Part shown: piece after piece, positions 1 through 10,952 of the stretch
Layout: every line of letters starts with the position of its first letter
Numbering within the stretch: position 1 is the stretch's first letter
NCBI RefSeq assembly: GCF_011745625.1
Contig: NW_027191455.1
Location: 186,001-250,000, forward strand
Source of the DNA: Cladosporium halotolerans
Lineage: Eukaryota
Length of the DNA: 64,000 bases
Direction: 5' to 3'
Made by a program: the position numbers and the translations under genes
Notes under the pieces: generated by a model
The model's input: the letters and a program-made list of their open reading frames with translations, nothing else
The model's database searches: none
Told to the model about the DNA's origin: nothing

Positions 1-1086
1 GCAGGAGAGCACGCAGACTTCTTTCGAGGAACCTGGTGCTCACATGGGGGACTTTGAGCGGGCAACGGCAGGCAAGAAAGGCTGGTTTTGGTCTTGATTG
101 GTTTGCTAGAGGCGTATTCAAGGAAGATGTTGCACGTGAGGGTAAGGTAACAACGTGACGATCACACGATGCGCAGAACGCAGGGCAAGGACGTTCCGGC
201 TGTGGGGGTCTTGTGATAAGCTTTTCGGTTTGCATAGCCATCCATACACATAGCGTATGTAGGTAGCCACTCGAATGCTCCGCTCAGTAGCAAGCCTCTC
301 GAGACGTGGAAACCGGGTTTGGCTGCCGCGATTGGCGCTGTGGGCTTGGGCGCGTGGACGGGTGTCTGACACATTGAGTAAGCCGATTGTCTCGCTTAGG
401 CGACGGAGGCGGTCAGGCAGACGCCGAGAATAGCATGTGCCATTCGGACAATTATCCTCTCCCGGGCGTGCTTGACGCAAACAATTGTAGAAGCTGCTCG
501 CTGCAACGACGTGGCAATAGCATGCACCGGCTGGCAGGCCCGTGAAGAGTCGCCAGCGCACAACAATGGAGCGATCGCCAGGACTACAGCGCATCGCATA
601 CAGCCATCTTCAAAACAATCAGCATCCACGCGAGGGTCCCGCGGAATGGCATGAGCGCAGTGACGCCATGCCAAGCCCGCATGCACGGCGCCCGATCGGG
701 CAGCGGGCAAGCATCAACGACGGCGGGACAGCAGCCAGCAGCAGCGCAGCATCAAAGCAAACAGCTGCCCCTCCATCTGCCCACACGACCCTGCGCCCTG
801 ATACCGTACTGTGCCAGCGCACTCGAACCCTCCTCATACACTCCCTCTCTTCGCACCATTTTCGTTGCACCGCATCCTCGACACCGCCCGCCACCGCAAT
901 TAACACAGGGCGTACCTGCATCGTGCCTGCACAGGGATCCACCTGCTGAAGGACGCTCCACACGACTTTCACGTGCGGCATTGCTTCTCCCGAGAGCTTC
1001 ACGGCAGCAACCTCCAGCACTTTCTGTGTTTGGACACGTCGGTCAATAGCCAACAAAACACCCCACCACATCACAACACTGCCGCC

Positions 1087-2058
1087 ATGGCGCACACTGC
1101 TGCCGCCCAGACCTCGCCATCCGAGGTGCCCAAGAGGCCCAGAGGTACAATCCCTGCAACCCACCTGCTGTCCCCGGCTCCAAACAAGCAGATCACTTAC
1201 CGTCTCGTCGTCCAGGCATCCTCAAGAACTCCAACTCCTTCCAGAACCAAACCTCTCCCGACGCCCGCATCTCTCCCACCAGCGAACGCCCGCCCGCCAA
1301 TGCAATCAGCGACTCCCCCGGCCCCTCCGTAGCCACCGATGGCGACCGCCCGGGCCTGCCCAACCGCGGCATGTCCGAGAAAGAGATCGTCCAGCTCAAC
1401 ACCGAGCTCAACGCCGGCGGCGCCTCGGGCCACCGCCGCACCAGCTCCAACGCCCGCAGCAGCATGAGCCGCCGCCAATCCTCCAACTCCAACTCCCAAG
1501 AGGAGCCCAATCCCCGCCTGAAATGGGACGAGGCGAACCTGTACGTCAACGAGAGCCAGATGGGCGGCCGCATGAAGATCGACGAGCCCAAGACGCCGTT
1601 CGTCAAGAACTACGACCCGGCGGACGACGAGGCGGAGATCTCGGCGCTGAACGCCAACGAGCTCAACGTCGACGAGCTCGACATGAAGCCCAAGCCCGCC
1701 GGCGCGAAGCGCGAGAGCGACATCCCGGGCCTCGACATCGGCGAGCCGGAGATGAAGCCCGCGCCGCGCAGGGACAGCGACGGCGACCGTAAGGTGGAGC
1801 TCGTCCAGGACGCGATGGATGTCGACAGCATGCACCACGGCGAGGGCGAGGGCGACATGACCAAGGAGGAGGCCGAGAAGCACAAGCATTTCGAGGAGAT
1901 GAGGAAGAAGCACTACGAGATGAAGAACATCAAGGATCTGCTTGGGTGAGTGCTGTTGAGCCGAGTTTACTATCAACAACATGTTTGCTAATCGTAACCA
2001 CAGACACCCCGAAGACCTCGATGTAGAAGATGACGACGACGACAATGACAAGGAATAA
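1087..2058 (+). CDS. GLC8: Protein phosphatase 1 inhibitor-2 (IPP-2/Glc8 family); exons ~1087-1144, 1216-1945, 2004-2058
   Basis: Spliced product contains the 'RGILKN' SILK-type motif across intron 1, 'RLKWDEANL', 'MKIDEPKTPF' and 'FEEMRKKHYEM'; GT..AG introns; acidic C-terminus. Confidence 0.9.
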
Positions 2059-2734
2059 CCCCCTCCAGTGCGAGTGCATACTCTGTGCGACACGGAGAGG
2101 TTAACGATGCGATTTTTATTTTCTTGGGTTCATGCTGCGACTTGTTACAAGCATTTGCAGGCGCTGGTATCGGGGCGCAGGGAAGCGCTCCCGCGACAAC
2201 AATGATGCATTTGGGAGCCCTCTGCCCAACTATGGTACTGCGGCGTTCTTTCCTGGCCCTGCTGGACGGTGTGGATGATGCCGGCTTTTGGGCCGGAGAC
2301 GGCGCGAGTAACGCTCTGTTCACGTCTAGAATGAGACGACCAATGAAGAATGACATGAATTAAAACGAGGGCTCAACGGTGTCGACGTGTTATTGTCACA
2401 GTGACTGGTTTGTAATCATGGACGTGTTTTCTTTCAAGAGGGACTCGAGTCCGCAATGCTCGCCCTAAACATCTTATGCCTGAGAGCCTGACGTGGCAAC
2501 AAGTGCTGTCTAACCATCGAGGGCAACGAAATCCGCAGAGCCTCCGCCCTGTTAAAAGTCACCCGTGCAACGCCTTTAGCCAAGAACGGCAAAAACCAGC
2601 CCGTAGAAACGTCGGCCACCAGATATCTATAACCAGACTTGAATCCCCACCAAAACGCCAAACAAAAGATCCACGCGCGCGCGTAAAAAAAGCAACACAT
2701 CAAACCCACCCTCCGAAACCCAACCCCAGTGCTC

Positions 2735-3838
2735 TCAAATCGCCCTCAAAACATCCAGCACCCAATTCTTCCCCTCCCTGCTCTCCTTCAACCCCCACCG
2801 AAACGCCAGCGGGAACACGTGCATCTGCTTCTCCCAGTGCAGCCACTTGCCGCGGATCCCCGCCTCCTCCAGCCGCCCGCGCAGCAGCAGCCCGTCCGGC
2901 GTCAGGATGTCGAAGCCGCCCGTGACGCCGTGCAGCTGCACGCCGCGCGCCGCCAGCGCCGCCAGCACCTCGTCGCCGACCAGCAGCGGCGAGCACCGCG
3001 TGTCGTCCGCCGGCCAGTCGCCGCGCCAGACGTCCGACGTCGCTTTGATGAAGGCGTGTCGGAGGAGGGGGTCGTGCCGCTCGAGCTGGGGGATGGCGGG
3101 GTTCGAGCGGCGGAGGTCGACGGAGGGGCCGAGGACGAGGATGTGCGAGGGGAGGAGAGGGGGGTCCGGCGTCTGGGGGTCGGCGAGGGAGGCGCGGAGG
3201 AGTTCGAGGGGGAGGGCGAGGGCGAGGTTGGCGCCTGCGGAGTCGCCGGCGAGGATGGTCGTTTCGTTCGCGTCGGCGGAGGCGCGCAGGAGGGTCGGGA
3301 GGAGCTCGAGGAGCTTCGGGATGGTGTCTGGGGCGGGGTTTTTGGGCGCCAGCGGGTAGGAGATCAGCGAGAGGGTGGTATTGGGCAGGTTGGCGGAGAG
3401 GTGCGAGACGAAGGCCCAGTGGTCTGCCGACGCGGGCATGCGCCAGCCGCCGCCGGCGAAGTAGTATATGCGCTTTTGGCGCACTTTTTCCACGCCGGGT
3501 TGTTCGACGTGGACGTTCTTTTTGGTCGTGCAGTCGTAGATGTAGACGTCGTTGACTTTGCGCTCGACGACGTTGCAGCGCCGCGAGGCGGATTTGGGGA
3601 TCTCCAGTTGTGGCGAGCCGGGTGGGAGTTCGCATTGGATGTTGGTGATTTTGGGGCCGAAGGGGCGTATGCAGGTGTGCAGGATGTACATCAATAGCGA
3701 TCGGTCGGTGCGGTGGGTGACTTCTATGCTGCCGGGTTTGGCGGCGGCGGCGGCGGCGGAGTTTGCGCCGGCGTTGTTGTTGCTGCCATTTGTCGCTTCG
3801 CGTTCAGATAAGGACCGCGATGATTTTCGCGAAGACAT
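2735..3838 (-). CDS. Alpha/beta hydrolase (HSL-like esterase/lipase, Abhydrolase_3)
   Basis: Single ORF with 'YFAGGGW' oxyanion region, 'YPLAP', nucleophile elbow 'GDSAG' and C-terminal 'QMHVF'; ATG at 3838. Confidence 0.85.
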   Translation of the reverse strand: MSSRKSSRSLSEREATNGSNNNAGANSAAAAAAKPGSIEVTHRTDRSLLMYILHTCIRPFGPKITNIQCELPPGSPQLEIPKSASRRCNVVERKVNDVYIYDCTTKKNVHVEQPGVEKVRQKRIYYFAGGGWRMPASADHWAFVSHLSANLPNTTLSLISYPLAPKNPAPDTIPKLLELLPTLLRASADANETTILAGDSAGANLALALPLELLRASLADPQTPDPPLLPSHILVLGPSVDLRRSNPAIPQLERHDPLLRHAFIKATSDVWRGDWPADDTRCSPLLVGDEVLAALAARGVQLHGVTGGFDILTPDGLLLRGRLEEAGIRGKWLHWEKQMHVFPLAFRWGLKESREGKNWVLDVLRAI

Positions 3839-4688
3839 GATGACATTCGACGAGCGCGTCGTAGGTGGCAAAGGTGACCAGTGTATGTTATCCTGCTGAG
3901 TTCTCCCGCCTGGTACCTGACACAAAAGCAGTTATGCGAGCAGAAACGCGAGAAAAGTCAATAGCGAGGGCAGCGAGGCCGACAGCCGGTAAAAGGGCAT
4001 CCTTAGCAGATCGCACTTTGCCTTTTGCACGGCAGTCGATCGCCGCAGGCGTGGAGGACTATCCGAGCTCGCAAACCCTTGCACAGCCTGCAGGCGAGAA
4101 CATTGCGCGTCCGCGGCCGGCCACGAAGGGTGCAAGCGCACGTGGGAGGTCCCTTTGCCGCCCTTGGTCAGTGGAGCGCGGAGTCCTGATCGTGTGGTGG
4201 ACGGGCGCGGACGGCATCGATGACGATGGCTGGACCGCTGACCTCATGCAATCCGCGCGCACGCTAGCAAACGGCTGGTCGCTGCCGGCGTCTCTCCGAA
4301 TCGAACCCCAGGGGCGGCTGGACCGGGCTTGCCATCATCGAGTGGGCCATCGATCTTTCATTTCTGCGTGCCGGCGATGGAGGTCATTTCGAGCATTGCA
4401 CAGATAATGCAGCGACCATATCGCCGAGCTGGAAGGGTAAAGAACTTGATTTCCTATTGAGAAAGGGCTTGTTGGCAGCGAAGTCTCTTTTGACCAACCC
4501 GCACAGATTAAAGATCTACATGGAGATCTCCGAGTCGCATTGTGGGCATCCCCATCTTCATCCATCAACCGATAACGCACACGCGAGAGACTGCCCTGAA
4601 TCATTAACGCCAACAGTCGTACTGTTTACCAAACCTGCTCCCGTCCTTCCAGCATTCTACATCTTGCTTCGCATGAAGCTGGCGTTCT

Positions 4689-5189
4689 TCAGGCCGGGTT
4701 CGGTTTCAGGCCGATTTGGATGCGCAGCTTCTCCCGTTTGGCTGCCTCGTTGCCGCTGCGATCCGCCTCAAGAGCGCTGAGCATGTTATCGATGTTGATG
4801 ACTTCAATCAACTGTTAACAAGATCGTCTGAAGCAGGTTAAAGAGTATTGAAACGTACGGGTCAATTTGCTGAGGTCCTTGCTCGTCTCAGGGAACTTGT
4901 CCAGCGTCTTGCCGGTCTTGAGGCTCACGAGCGGGTGCAGCTTCTCTTCGCTGGAGGTCAGCTGGGAGTTTGCGACGCGAGCGACATTGTTGGCATTGAC
5001 AGCTTTGGTGCGTATCTCCAACTTCTCAATCGCCTTTGCCGGGTCGTCTTTGGCGACGACAGCCGCAGACTCGGGCGCTGCCTCTTTCGCGCCAGCGGCC
5101 GACGGCGCCTTGGATCCAGGTTTGGACGCTGAGGGCATGTTGGGGTTGGCGATGTTGGGCGCTTTGCCCGTTCCCTGGACTGGAGGCAT
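4689..5189 (-). CDS. Small protein with Mug135-like C-terminal domain; intron 4802-4858
   Basis: Spliced reading gives 'NNVARVANSQL...LHPLVSLKTG...FPETSKDLSKLT/LINIDNMLSALEADRSGNEAAKREKLRIQIGL*', which matches my recollection of this domain pattern; GTACGT donor and AG acceptor keep the frame. Confidence 0.7.
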
Positions 5190-5759
5190 TCCAATGGTAG
5201 CAGTGTACCGTTATTTCAGCAATGTAGACGAAGGCGAGAGTAGTAGAGAGCAGTGTGGCGCGAAGCAAGAGCACTCATGAAACGATGGGAACAGAGCTGA
5301 CCACCTACTCGACCGCCTTACCAGGTCCTTACATATATGCATAGCATCTCGTAGGTCTGACGCAAGCCTTCCAGGGAGCCAGCATCCAAGCATCCATGGG
5401 TCTCACGGTTCCAAGTTCGTGGCTCGCGCAGAGTTGGGTGAGGCGGGGCGTTTGCGTGTGTGGCGCGTGTCGCCGGTGAAAGCTGGGGAGAGCTGTTGAG
5501 GTCCGGCCACGGGCCAACTGATCGCATCACGTTGCCTCGCGTTGCCAGGCGCCGACGCCGTCGCCTATCTGCTTCGACCGTTCTATGCTTCATCACTTGA
5601 CTCATCCCTTCCACTTCGCCTTATCGCACCGTCTCTCCCGCTCGTGAGATCACTTCATCACCTTGCGGTCTCAGCTCGCCTCCTTCCCCGTCCTGCCGCT
5701 TCCATCACCACCAGACATCTCAATCACCCTCACGATCCTCCCTCCAACCGGACGTCAAC

Positions 5760-7634
5760 ATGGTCCGCAATATGCCTTCAATGCAAAGCCTCCGGCACAA
5801 CATGGAAGACATGTCTTTTGATGCTCCCCCAAAGCGCACTTTGTACCAAGAGAGCACCGAGCCGTCTCCCTCGCAAGACAGCGCAAAGATGACCCAGTTG
5901 CCGAGCCACCACAACCCCATTGTCCAGCTATGTGGTTCGGACGAATACACGAAGCAGCTTATGAACAAGGTTGCGACTGGCGTCGCCACAGAAGCCGAGC
6001 AGAGGGAGTTTGCTCAGCAGGTCCAGCGTGGTTTGCCAGGTGCGCCTCGAACTTCGCCCAGAGCTGGCCCCAATTCTCATCTCCAGGACTACCATGTGCA
6101 GCAAGAGCTTTTGCGCAGGCAAAAGCAGCGAAGAATGGATATGGCACGACAGGAGACGGAGTCAACGCGGTCATGGAGAGACGTTGCGCATCTTCGACAG
6201 GCAACCCGCGAGAACGCCGCGGAGTACACCAAGCCATTCTGTCAATTTCTGACCGACAACCCGACCGTTTTTCACTGCGTACATGCCGTGAAGAAGCAGC
6301 TTAGGGCAAACGGCTTCGAGGAGGTCAGCGAAAGAGATGCCTGGAAAATCAGCCCGGGAGGCAAGTACTTCGTGGAGCGCAACGGCTCCGCCTTGATGGC
6401 CTTCTCTGTCGGAGGAAAGTACAAACCAGGGAACGGGGCTGCCATTCTTGCCGGACACGTGGATGCCCTTACTGCCAAGCTGAAGCCCGTGTCGAAGGTC
6501 CCGAACAAAGCAGGTTACGTTCAGCTTGGTGTTGCCCCGTACGCAGGAGCGCCGAACACGACATGGTGGGATCGCGACTTGGGCATTGGCGGCCGCGTCT
6601 TGGTCAAAGAGGGTGATAAGATCGTCTCCAAGCTTGTAAAGTTGGATTGGCCTATTGCGCGCATCCCCACGCTCGCGCCGCACTTTGGCGCCGCAGCTCA
6701 GGGCCCGTTCAACCCGGAGACTCAAATGGTACCTATCATCGGTTTGGAGGATTCGGAGGAGCATGATGGAAACGCCGACCCGTTCAGCAAACCCCCTCTC
6801 GTGGGAAGCACATCTGGTCAGGCGACGACGTTCACTGCAACTCAGCCACCGCGCCTCGTTCGTGTGATTGCGAACGAGCTTGGTATCAAGGCCAGCAACT
6901 ACAGTGACATTGTCAACTGGGAGCTCGAGCTTTTCGACGTTCAACCCGCGACCGTCGGCGGGATTGACAAGGAATTCATCTTCGCAGGACGCGTTGACGA
7001 CAAGCTCTGCTCTTGGGCTGCGATCCAAGCATTGATCGAAGCCGATGCTACCGACAACGTCGACAGCTCCATCATTAAGGCTGTCGGCCTCTTCGACAAT
7101 GAAGAGATCGGCTCTCTTCTCCGCCAGGGTGCTCGTGGAAATTTCCTGCCTTCTGTCCTTGAGCGGGCCGTGACCTCTCTGAACAACGACGTGTCCAGCA
7201 CTAGCATCATGGGCCAGACTTACGCCAACTCATTCCTGGTCTCATCCGATGTCATTCACGCCGTCAACCCCAACTTCCTAAACGCTTACCTCGAGAACCA
7301 CTCCCCACACCTCAACACTGGCATTGTGGTTTCTGCCGACAGCAACGGCCACATGACCACCGACTCTGTCTCAACAGCAATCCTCCAGCGATGTGCTGAC
7401 AAGGTCGGTGCGAAGTTGCAGCTCTTCCAGATCAGGAACGACTCTCGCTCTGGTGGCACCGTCGGCCCGATGTTGAGCTCCGCTACGGGCATCAGAGCGA
7501 TCGACTGCGGTATCCCGCAGCTCAGCATGCACTCTGTGCGTGCCACTACGGGTAGCCTGGACCCCGGCTTGGGCGTCATGGCCTTCTTGGGCTTCTTGAA
7601 CGAATTCGAAAGTGTGGACAAGGAATTCAGGTAA
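5760..7634 (+). CDS. LAP4: Vacuolar aspartyl aminopeptidase, peptidase M18 (Ape1/Lap4-like), with long N-terminal extension
   Basis: 624-aa ORF; M18 motifs 'GHVDAL', 'WWDRDLG', 'PTLAPHFG', 'DDKLCS', 'FDNEEIGS', 'SSDVIHAVNPN', 'RSGGTVGP', 'QLSMHSVR'. Confidence 0.92.
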   Translation: MVRNMPSMQSLRHNMEDMSFDAPPKRTLYQESTEPSPSQDSAKMTQLPSHHNPIVQLCGSDEYTKQLMNKVATGVATEAEQREFAQQVQRGLPGAPRTSPRAGPNSHLQDYHVQQELLRRQKQRRMDMARQETESTRSWRDVAHLRQATRENAAEYTKPFCQFLTDNPTVFHCVHAVKKQLRANGFEEVSERDAWKISPGGKYFVERNGSALMAFSVGGKYKPGNGAAILAGHVDALTAKLKPVSKVPNKAGYVQLGVAPYAGAPNTTWWDRDLGIGGRVLVKEGDKIVSKLVKLDWPIARIPTLAPHFGAAAQGPFNPETQMVPIIGLEDSEEHDGNADPFSKPPLVGSTSGQATTFTATQPPRLVRVIANELGIKASNYSDIVNWELELFDVQPATVGGIDKEFIFAGRVDDKLCSWAAIQALIEADATDNVDSSIIKAVGLFDNEEIGSLLRQGARGNFLPSVLERAVTSLNNDVSSTSIMGQTYANSFLVSSDVIHAVNPNFLNAYLENHSPHLNTGIVVSADSNGHMTTDSVSTAILQRCADKVGAKLQLFQIRNDSRSGGTVGPMLSSATGIRAIDCGIPQLSMHSVRATTGSLDPGLGVMAFLGFLNEFESVDKEFR

Positions 7635-7770
7635 GGTTCGAATCGAGGTTCAGAGCGGCAGCATTTCAGATCACAGGCATGAGTACCCATTCACCAAACA
7701 TTAGCATTAGATAGGCATTGAACAAAGATACCCCGTCCGAGAAACTGGCCATTCCCCCACTGTCTTCTAC

Positions 7771-8284
7771 TTAGTGACTCCTCATGTACGTCTCCGGACG
7801 CGTCTGCAACTCCGCAGGCCTGATGTCCTTCAGCATCCGCAAATTAATCGTATAACGCGGCTCCTTGTGCATCACATTCTCCATCAGCCACGTCAAGTCC
7901 GTCCCCAGCGTCGACCCGCACAGCCCGCAGAACCAGTGGGGGTTCTTCCTCGCGCCGCACAGGTACTCCGCGCGATGTTCCTATCCATCGCATGTGTCAG
8001 CCAATCGATTAGCCAAAGGCAGCAAGAAGCGCAAACGCCTTACATACCAAACCCTGCGTGAACACAACGTCCTTCGCTTTCGGGTGGCACGCGATCAGGC
8101 CCTTGCGCTCGCAGTGCGTGCAGTCGCATTCGAGCGCCGTGTAGACGCCTTTGCCTTCGGATTGCGACTCGAGGAGCGGCGGGGACAGCGTGATCGTCCA
8201 TTGGATTGCGCCGCAGTGGCAGGCCATCGGGTAGGTTGCGCTGACGCCTGTTTCGGCGGGCCAGGGGACCTGGAGGTCGGGCAT
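7771..8284 (-). CDS. GFA/CENP-V family Zn-binding protein; intron 7981-8047
   Basis: 'CHCGAI', 'CDCTHC' and, after splicing, 'HWFCGLCGS' and 'INLRML'. Confidence 0.85.
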
Positions 8285-9013
8285 GGTTTTGTTGGTTCGT
8301 CGCGTGGGTGTATGGTGGGTTTATCAAGGGAAGGTTGAGACTTTGAGCAAAAGGTTAGATGAGTACTATATAAAGGAGATAGCTGAATGTATGTAGGGCT
8401 GAGGCTGACTGGGCGTGTCCCAGGCAGGAAGGCTCCGAACGGCCGTACGGCAAAGCAAATGTCTCCGAGAGTTGCAGCAAGTGGTGCAAGTCCGTGATGG
8501 CTGCATGGAGGCGAGTCGATGTGGCTTCGTGCTCGCTCGCATGATCCCACTCGCATTATTGATCACATGGCGTGCAATCCCGTGGGCCATTGCTGTCTAG
8601 TAATAGATATGCTGATACTCGCCATGGAGACCCTGCGGGGCTGACGTTCAAAACGATCAAGCATAGATTCTGCTTTTGTGTCCCTCAAGAGCCCCAGTTC
8701 GTGCATCCACCTTTCGTCGGTGAAATGCTCGATCGTGTCTTTTTCTTCGTCTCGATTTCTACACTTCAGACATACTGTGCCGAGATGGTGATGACTAGTT
8801 CAATAATTCCGGGATTCAATATCTGCATCTGAGTATGAATCTATACAATCGCCAGCAAGCACCATTAGCGAAAGCGAAATTAGTCTATTGATAATGCTGT
8901 AGAGCCATCATGCTATCGACCTTTCAATCGCAACATCTGTTCACGAGACTGGTGCCATGCACACGGCTGTGTGGCATCGAAGTCCATACGACCGTCTCGT
9001 CCGAGAAGCACAA

Positions 9014-9681
9014 TCAATTCTTATCCAAAGAGGGTGGAGGTTGCCTCTTGAGCACGATCGGTACAGCGATTTCAGAAGCAGCATTATCCGAGTTCCACAG
9101 CAAGCTCCAAACACCGTCTTTGCCCCTAGGTGCAGCCCAGAAGGACCGCCCAACGCTTCCATCGTCACTGTTGCCAAGCCACATAAGCTGTCTGCCCCAG
9201 AAGCTGAAGCCCGTCGTCGTGTACGAGGTGTTGGTCAGAGAAGTGAAGCCAGCTTCGGTGAACGAGCCTGCGGTGGCGTCGATGTAGAGCAAGGGCTGTG
9301 TCCAGTTGGTCGCCATGGCAGTGTTGTTGGGCGAGGACTTCAGGGTCGTAGCAGTGGTATTGGAGGTGACTGGGAGTTGATGTCATTGGATGAAGTTGGC
9401 ATTGCCAGTGTTGGACACTTACATGTCACATTCACAGCTTCAGAGATGTCCTCCGGCTGGCCATAACCAAGCAATGCCAAACCTATCTTAGTGTAAGCTT
9501 AAGACGAAGAGCGTGTTGCTAGAGACTTACCATCGGCATAGAACAATGGCAAGCCAGAGATATTCTGACCGTAGGCATACAATGTACCCACTGGCATTGC
9601 ATTTGGCACTGCGTCGGCAGCCTTGGTGAAAGCCGAGCAGGCAAGAAAGGCAAACAGTACGAGAGAAATTTGGGGCCCCAT
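9014..9681 (-). CDS. Secreted protein of unknown function (~190 aa); exons 9681-9531, 9482-9423, 9369-9014
   Basis: Hydrophobic signal peptide (MGPQISLVLFAFLACSAFTKA); two GTAAGT introns join exons in frame ('LYAYGQNISGLPLFYADG/LALLGYGQP..NVT/FTSN...WSLLWN'); several NxS/T sites. Confidence 0.78.
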
Positions 9682-10952
9682 GGTGATGGCTGATCAGACG
9701 AAGTGAATGTTTCCAAGAAGAGCGGGTAAAGCTTCCGAATATATAGGGACTGTCCTCTCGGCGAAGGTACTCTGATGATGAAGCTTGCGAGACTGACTGC
9801 CGTTGAGGAAAGGACCTACCAGGCGAGGTCGTGATCAGGGCTTCTGCCCTGACTTGCGTACTATATCCACAATATCCGGTGTGAAGTGGATTGAACGAGG
9901 CTTGCGTGGCTGTGAAGCATGCACCTTGCTAGTAGACTACCCTGGTATTGCTGTTTTGAGCGCAGCTGAATGATGAGAGATGTCTTCAGCGCATGAGCGC
10001 CGACTTGCAAGTTCCCCCACACGGTACAGGATTGTAGCCGGTCTCAAACTTCACAACTTCACTTCCTCCACCCACAACCTAGAAAAGCAAAAGTCTTTGA
10101 CGATGCTTTACTTCGATTGATGGATTTCAAGGTTTAGTGCTCACTGTGATACTTGACTCGACTCTCGGCTCTAGAGGATCAGACGCCACGTACGCGGCGC
10201 TTCGCGTCTACAATGTGGCGTAGCGGAGAGACCCGCTCTTAGGGCAAGGTGACTACGCGGCCGTATCCTGGGGCACGGTCGAACAGGTCACGTCCCCCCT
10301 CTCAATGATGAGAGACAACGTGAAGCGCCATTGGCAGCGGTTCTTGAAAGCACCAGTGGTCTTAGCCTTAGTAGGTTCCCATTCGGAAACCCGGCAGCTG
10401 CATTGGGGGCGAGCCCTAGGCGCAGCAAGTCTCTACAAGTTCCACATCTGCTATGATCGCCAGGAACGTTTTTTCATACTTTGCATAGGCAATGTTGGCT
10501 TCGAACTTACTGCTATGAAGCTGTCTTTCGAGATTCGGCAGTTGAATGTGTGGTTCATGAAAACGCAGCAAAACATAAATTCTCAATCGAGCATTCCATA
10601 CAAGTCTGGCACAGTCACGCAGCACAATCAGCTGCACTACATATGAGGCTGAGCTCGTATTTGATCATTGTCGAGCACAGAGATGAAGGTGGCTGCGAGA
10701 CACTGCCACTCTCGGCCAAATGCGCGGGACTTATCTGAGATGAACGCACACGAAAACGATGCCGCGTCAGACTAGAGACCGAAAACTGCTTCGTTGGACC
10801 TACACGCGGCTTTCTGAACCTGAAGCGTTGAGATGCACGCCTAAATTGGGAGATCCTCTACGCTCTACAGGTTTCGCCCAAAGCATACAAGTAGCTTGTT
10901 GGAGTGGTGAGAAATCAGTCGCAACCATCGCTGTTTCTCATCGGACTCCATC

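Noticed and set aside
1..1080. Several overlapping 60-180 aa ORFs and a possible donor/ATG near position 45 on the minus strand
   Set aside because: No recognisable motifs; probably promoter/UTR sequence of GLC8 and of a gene outside the window
1197..3697. Long antisense/alternate-frame ORFs (298, 311 and 322 aa)
   Set aside because: Shadows of high-GC3 real genes on the other strand or frame
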